Of a stretch of DNA of 64,000 nt, positions 59,185 through 64,000 are shown in pieces (position 1 is the first letter of the stretch; every line of letters starts with the position of its first letter). The DNA lies in assembly GCF_963506605.1 (NCBI RefSeq), contig NC_083288.1, forward strand, positions 46,686,001 through 46,750,000, read 5' to 3'. The position numbers were made by a program, and so were the translations under genes. The notes beneath the pieces were generated by a model. It saw only the letters and a program-made list of their open reading frames with translations, did not search any database and was not told where the DNA came from. The DNA is from Zootoca vivipara (Eukaryota).

Positions 59185-60391
59185 ACACACTTTTAAAGGG
59201 AGTTAACAAATCAACAAGACAATGATTCAGGATTTCTGTGACATTAATAGGAGTCACAATATTTTGCAGCTGTTACATTTTATTGCATAGGTTTTCTTTC
59301 CCCCAGTACAATTTATTCTTTGTTAAATACATTTTTTAACAGATAAAGTACATATAGTAACAATTCCATACTAACATAAATGAATAAAATGGTGGATTTA
59401 TCCCTATTGTTAAGTACTAATAAGATTTCTTTAAAAATGAAATGTAGTTTTCAGTTGAATTGGTGCTTCTTAGCACAATTTACTAGCAACTTCTGCCGCC
59501 CTTCCTTTTAGCTCATCTATGGCTCTTCTCCCATAATGGAAGACAATGTACAAACACTTTTCTCCCACTGGATGTCCCCAGATGGGACACATCAGTACAA
59601 TGGGATACTCCAGCTTCTGCTGCATTTCAGCTGGATATGGATTGGGGTGCTTTCTCTGAGTGATGACACTGGAGAGAGATTCGTACAGAATGTCCTTCCC
59701 ATGTTTGCGCAGAAGGGCATCTGCTTTGATTTTATAGGAAGATTTCCTCAAGTTAAGTTTTCTGGAGAGTTCAGTCAAATGGTGGCTGATGGTTTCGAAA
59801 CGATGCGCATTGTTAAGGACAGCACTGCCAGTGTTGTGATGGTTTATGGTGAAATTTTAACAATTCTGGTCCTGAGAATAATCCCAAAGTTTGCAGAAGT
59901 AGATGATATACCATTTCAAGCCACATCAAAAGTCTGGATAATGACTACACAGATTGAATTCACATCGCTTCCCTTTCAAAGAGGATGGGAAATAGATTTC
60001 CTGCATGGGGCTTTCTCCTTGGCTGTTTATTCAAAGGATCTTACAGGATTCCGTAAATTTATTGAGGTGAGAAACCCTACCTTAGAAAGAGAAGATGGGT
60101 TTCTCAGGGTTTTATGGGAAGAAATATTCCTCTGTTCTTTCCCCAATACTCCTTGGGATAAGAAACATGAGGCATTCTGCACTGGGCAGGAGAAGATGGA
60201 CACCCTTCCTGGGACTGTTTTAGAAAGGAGCATGACTGCCCAAAGCTACAGTGTCTACAATGCTCTATATACTGTGGCACATGCTTTGCATACCATGCAG
60301 TGCTCCAAATTCAAAGGTAGAGCAATGGCAGATGGAATAACATGGAACCAGCTAAACCAACAGACATGGCAGGTAATGCTCTGACACAATC

Positions 60392-60394
<3 letters not shown>

Positions 60395-60450
<56 letters not shown>
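60395..60450. repeat. (TA)n microsatellite
   Basis: Read directly. Confidence 0.9.
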
Positions 60451-60454
<4 letters not shown>

Positions 60455-60532
60455 TTTGGCTAAATGTGGGCTCTCCTCTTGTAGATTATTTATTCTTTAG
60501 ATTTTCCCTTTTAGGAAGACTTGGCACTAGGG

Positions 60533-60668
60533 CAGGCATAGGCAACCTTGGCTCTCCAGATGTTTTGGAACTACAACTCCCATGATCCCTGACCACTGGC
60601 CCTGTTAGCTAGGGATCATGGGAGTTGTAGTTCCAAAACATCTGGAGAGCCAAGGTTGCCTATGTCTG
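60533..60668. mobile_element. 136-bp palindromic hAT MITE in V2R-F intron 3
   Basis: Near-perfect ~58-bp inverted arms; 8-bp TSD CACTAGGG. Degenerate relatives at ~25750-25880 and ~49350-49475. Confidence 0.88.
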
Positions 60669-63619
60669 CACTAGGGTGATGACTTTTTTACAACCTCATT
60701 TCCCTGTATCATAATTTGATGAGTTTTCATTAAAGATTAGATAACATCTTACTTTCAAAGAGATTTGATTAAAAAACCTCTCACACAAAATGATTTTAAA
60801 AAAATTATTCATCAGTTTTTTTGACCATTTTTGAAGTCACTGTAAGCAGATATAAAATTGAACCCAAGCTTTAGAGTCACATACATACAACATTATATAG
60901 GGTCATCAAACACACAAGGAAGCTTTTTTTAGCTGCAGTAACAGTATAGACGCCGCTAGAGGACGATGTTTTGCTACCCCTCCTGTAGGTTCTTTTCCCA
61001 GCATGTCTGGCAGGGTCTGCTGGCTGAGTTTTGAGGTTCCAAAAGAGGGCTTTTACCTTGCGCAGGTGTGACATTTGTATACCCTATGTTGCTAAGAACA
61101 CTCCCCATTGTGGAATGTGGTGTTGTGTCCTAATTTGATATGAAATATATATAGAATTGTTAATACAATTTTATGAAATGGTAAAATGGCATACAAAAAA
61201 ATAAAAACGGTTTGTGTGTGACCTTTTAAAATATTTCAATGGAATATATCTCATTTTAGTCATTAATCAGCAAAAATTCATCCATTTGTGCTACAGGAAA
61301 TAATTTTTGAGGGGAAAAAATGAAAACATCATCACCCTACTTGGCACTTTAGTTTGTTACAGAATCAGGCACCCCATGTATTAACATCGACAAAGTTTTG
61401 AATTCCCTAAATTGTATTTTCAGAGGCCAGGCACATTTATTTCTACTCACATCTGCCTAGTGTAACTCCACGTCATCATATATGCAAGAAACTAAAGGTT
61501 TGTCTCATCATGCGTGTCACAGAATGGCTCTTTTAATGTTTGATATTCTGGCATGACAATGGGTATCATGATCATGTCCAATACAAAAAGTGGGTTTCTA
61601 CTCTTTGTCTCTAGGTCCCCCTGCATGTGTGTCTTGTTCTTTCATTTCTCGCCACTGTCTTTCTTCAGTTTCCGTCTCCATGCAACATTCTCAGGCTTCT
61701 CTTTTCATGGTCCATCTACAAATGTATCCCAGCTTCCAATGTTGTATTTCCCTGCTCACTTTCCAGCAACACATTTCTTAAAGAGATTAAGATAGGTGCC
61801 TTCATTCCCTGCACTTTCATCTTCACTTTGTGTCATCCATTGGGCCATGCCACATTGATCTTGCTCCTTCACCTAGCTGAAACACCATCTCACATTCACA
61901 TACCAGCAGATAAATCAAAAGACCTGAATCTGTATTTGCCCCAAACTCTACATAACATTGGCCATCAGGTTTGCAGTAGGTAGGTATAGTTTAGGGAAAA
62001 CTGCATCACAACTCAAAATGGGTGGAGTGCCATGGAGAGACCTGATGTTCACAGTCATTACTGTGTTTGAAGATGACAGAGTATTGAATGTGAGTTGGCA
62101 GACTAAAACTTTTTTGGACAAGATTATTGCAGTGTATTTTCAACTGTTCAATTAATATAATGAGATGGTCATTTAAACAAATCAGGAACCAAAGCTCTCA
62201 GCTGTGAAATATAATCTCACTTATGTAATAAGGAATCCTTTTGTAGATCATCATGATTTCCCCCCACCCCCAATTTAGCTCCAGCACTTTCTGAGAAGTG
62301 TCTCCTTCAACAATAATGCTGGAGAAGAGATTTCCTTTGACCAAAAGGGAGCATTGGTAGTTGGATTTGATGTTATCAACTGGGTCACATTCCAAAATGA
62401 GTCCTTTCTTAGAGTCAAAGTTGGAAAAATGGACACACAGATTCCCCAAGAAAAGGGATTCACAATTAATGATGATGCCCAGCTACTTCAACCAGGTAAA
62501 TTCCATTTTATAGTATATCCAGTCCTTTCCCCAATGTTTAACCTCCTCTCTCCTTATGTCAATAAAGACTTGGCTAGAAAATCCATTGCAATTGCACTTA
62601 TCTGGGGTCATTTCACCAACCTAAAAATATCTACCAAAGCAGTTATTGGAAGTGTGGTAGGGAAAAAATACAGATTAACGCATTCCTGAAAACATCTGGG
62701 AACATGTACTCTTTCACAAACACCCAGTCTTCTCCTTAGATCATCCAGCCACCCTCCCTATGCAGCATGGGCTTTTGCTTGTAGGAATTTCGGGGCCAGG
62801 ACTCATTTTTCCCATCTACTTCATACAGTTGGGAGTAATTAGTTGAGGTAGTGTATTCATTTATTTGTTTTAATTGGCTGTTGGTCCAGGGAAGATAGAC
62901 AATTCAAGAGATGATATGGCAAATAGCCGAGGCAGAAGTGAGTGAAGGGCGCTCCTTGATCACCTTACACTAGCTATCAATGAGTCTTTGGGTGAGCCCT
63001 CTAGGCTTGGCATGCAAACTGGATGAAACATTGAGCCAGTGAGTCTGCTACTTGTTTCTCCCAAGAAGGAAGCATTCCTTCCAATTCTTTGCTCCAAGGC
63101 TGCAGGCATTGCCAGTAAACATGTCCAGGAGAGGGGAGTGACCTGCCTTAGAGAACTTTCTGCCCAGACTCTATTTTGATTGCCAAAGTCACTCTGATTT
63201 GCACATCCTCTATTTAATAACTATAACCTTTCTTCCAAAATAATGTTTTGAGTCTTCTTTAAGTTGTGTTGGTAAAGGCAGTGTTCCCAATGGTATAATT
63301 GATTCTGTCTGCAGCTGCGTGAAAATTGCTATCAGGGGCTGGAGATGGCATTTTCCTATATTATTATCATTCTAATTCTGAACTGGTATTTCACTTGTGC
63401 CAGCAAGATGTAATCACTGAAACCGTTATCTTCTTTTATTTTTACACAGACGCCACCTCTTTCTTTGTGTAATGAGAAATGCCCTTTAGGTTACGCCCGA
63501 GCCAAGAAGGAAGGGAAACCTTCTTGCTGCTATGATTGTCACCTATGTCCAGAAGGGAAGATCTCAAACAAGAAGGGTAGGTGATGTAATTATTATTATT
63601 ATTACTGGTATTATTACTG

Positions 63620-63666
<47 letters not shown>

Positions 63667-63775
63667 TACTTATACCCTGTCCATCTGGCCAGGCCTCCCC
63701 AGGCACTCTGGGTGGCTCTAAACAGAATATTAAAAACATGATAAAACATTAGAAACTTGATCATCACCCATGTCC

Positions 63776-63975
63776 NNNNNNNNNNNNNNNNNNNNNNNNN
63801 NNNNNNNNNNNNNNNNNNNNNNNNNNNNNNNNNNNNNNNNNNNNNNNNNNNNNNNNNNNNNNNNNNNNNNNNNNNNNNNNNNNNNNNNNNNNNNNNNNNN
63901 NNNNNNNNNNNNNNNNNNNNNNNNNNNNNNNNNNNNNNNNNNNNNNNNNNNNNNNNNNNNNNNNNNNNNNNNNNN
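63776..63975. other. Assembly gap (200 N)
   Basis: Run of N. Confidence 0.99.
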
Positions 63976-64000
63976 CCTAGGGGTCATAATTCACGCCTTT

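Larger units (their letters stand above)
56612..63576 (+). pseudogene. V2R-F: divergent-subfamily V2R, probable pseudogene, 3'-partial; exons 56612-56790, 57974-58265, 59512-60372, 62279-62495 (frameshifted), 63450-63576; exon 6 not in window
   Basis: V2R motifs ([50 protein letters not shown]) and canonical splice sites. Exon 4 is 217 nt versus 228 nt in all paralogs. In-frame TGA (56609-56611) directly precedes the first ATG, and there is no signal peptide. Confidence 0.85.

Noticed and set aside
63730-63987. ORF spanning X residues
   Set aside because: Artifact of the 200-N assembly gap.

Overview
Vertebrate genomic DNA from a squamate reptile, probably a lacertid lizard judging from the Sauria-type SINEs, Bov-B, CR1 and Penelope families. 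The window is part of a tandem vomeronasal type-2 receptor (V2R, class C GPCR) cluster with the canonical 6-exon structure. Minus strand: exon 1 of a gene running off the left edge (V2R-A), three intact genes (V2R-B 7945-13421, V2R-D 27365-35601, V2R-E 39013-46751) and V2R-C (16917-22438), whose exons 2-6 are open but whose exon 1 and proximal promoter are missing. Plus strand: a divergent V2R-F (56612 to >63576) with no signal peptide and an 11-nt frameshift deletion in exon 4. A 200-N gap lies at 63776-63975. Between E and F a full-length 5005-bp Ty1/Copia retrotransposon with non-canonical TG...GA ends sits inside a hAT MITE, which sits inside an RTE LINE relic. Other notable elements: several Penelope-like fragments carrying minimal hammerhead ribozyme motifs (two in sense orientation in V2R introns), two independent full-length insertions of a ~1.2-kb non-coding poly(A) retroposon, a candidate V2R promoter motif shared by paralogs, and apparent mosaicism of V2R-B exon 6. 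All calls come from reading the sequence by eye; no database searches were run.
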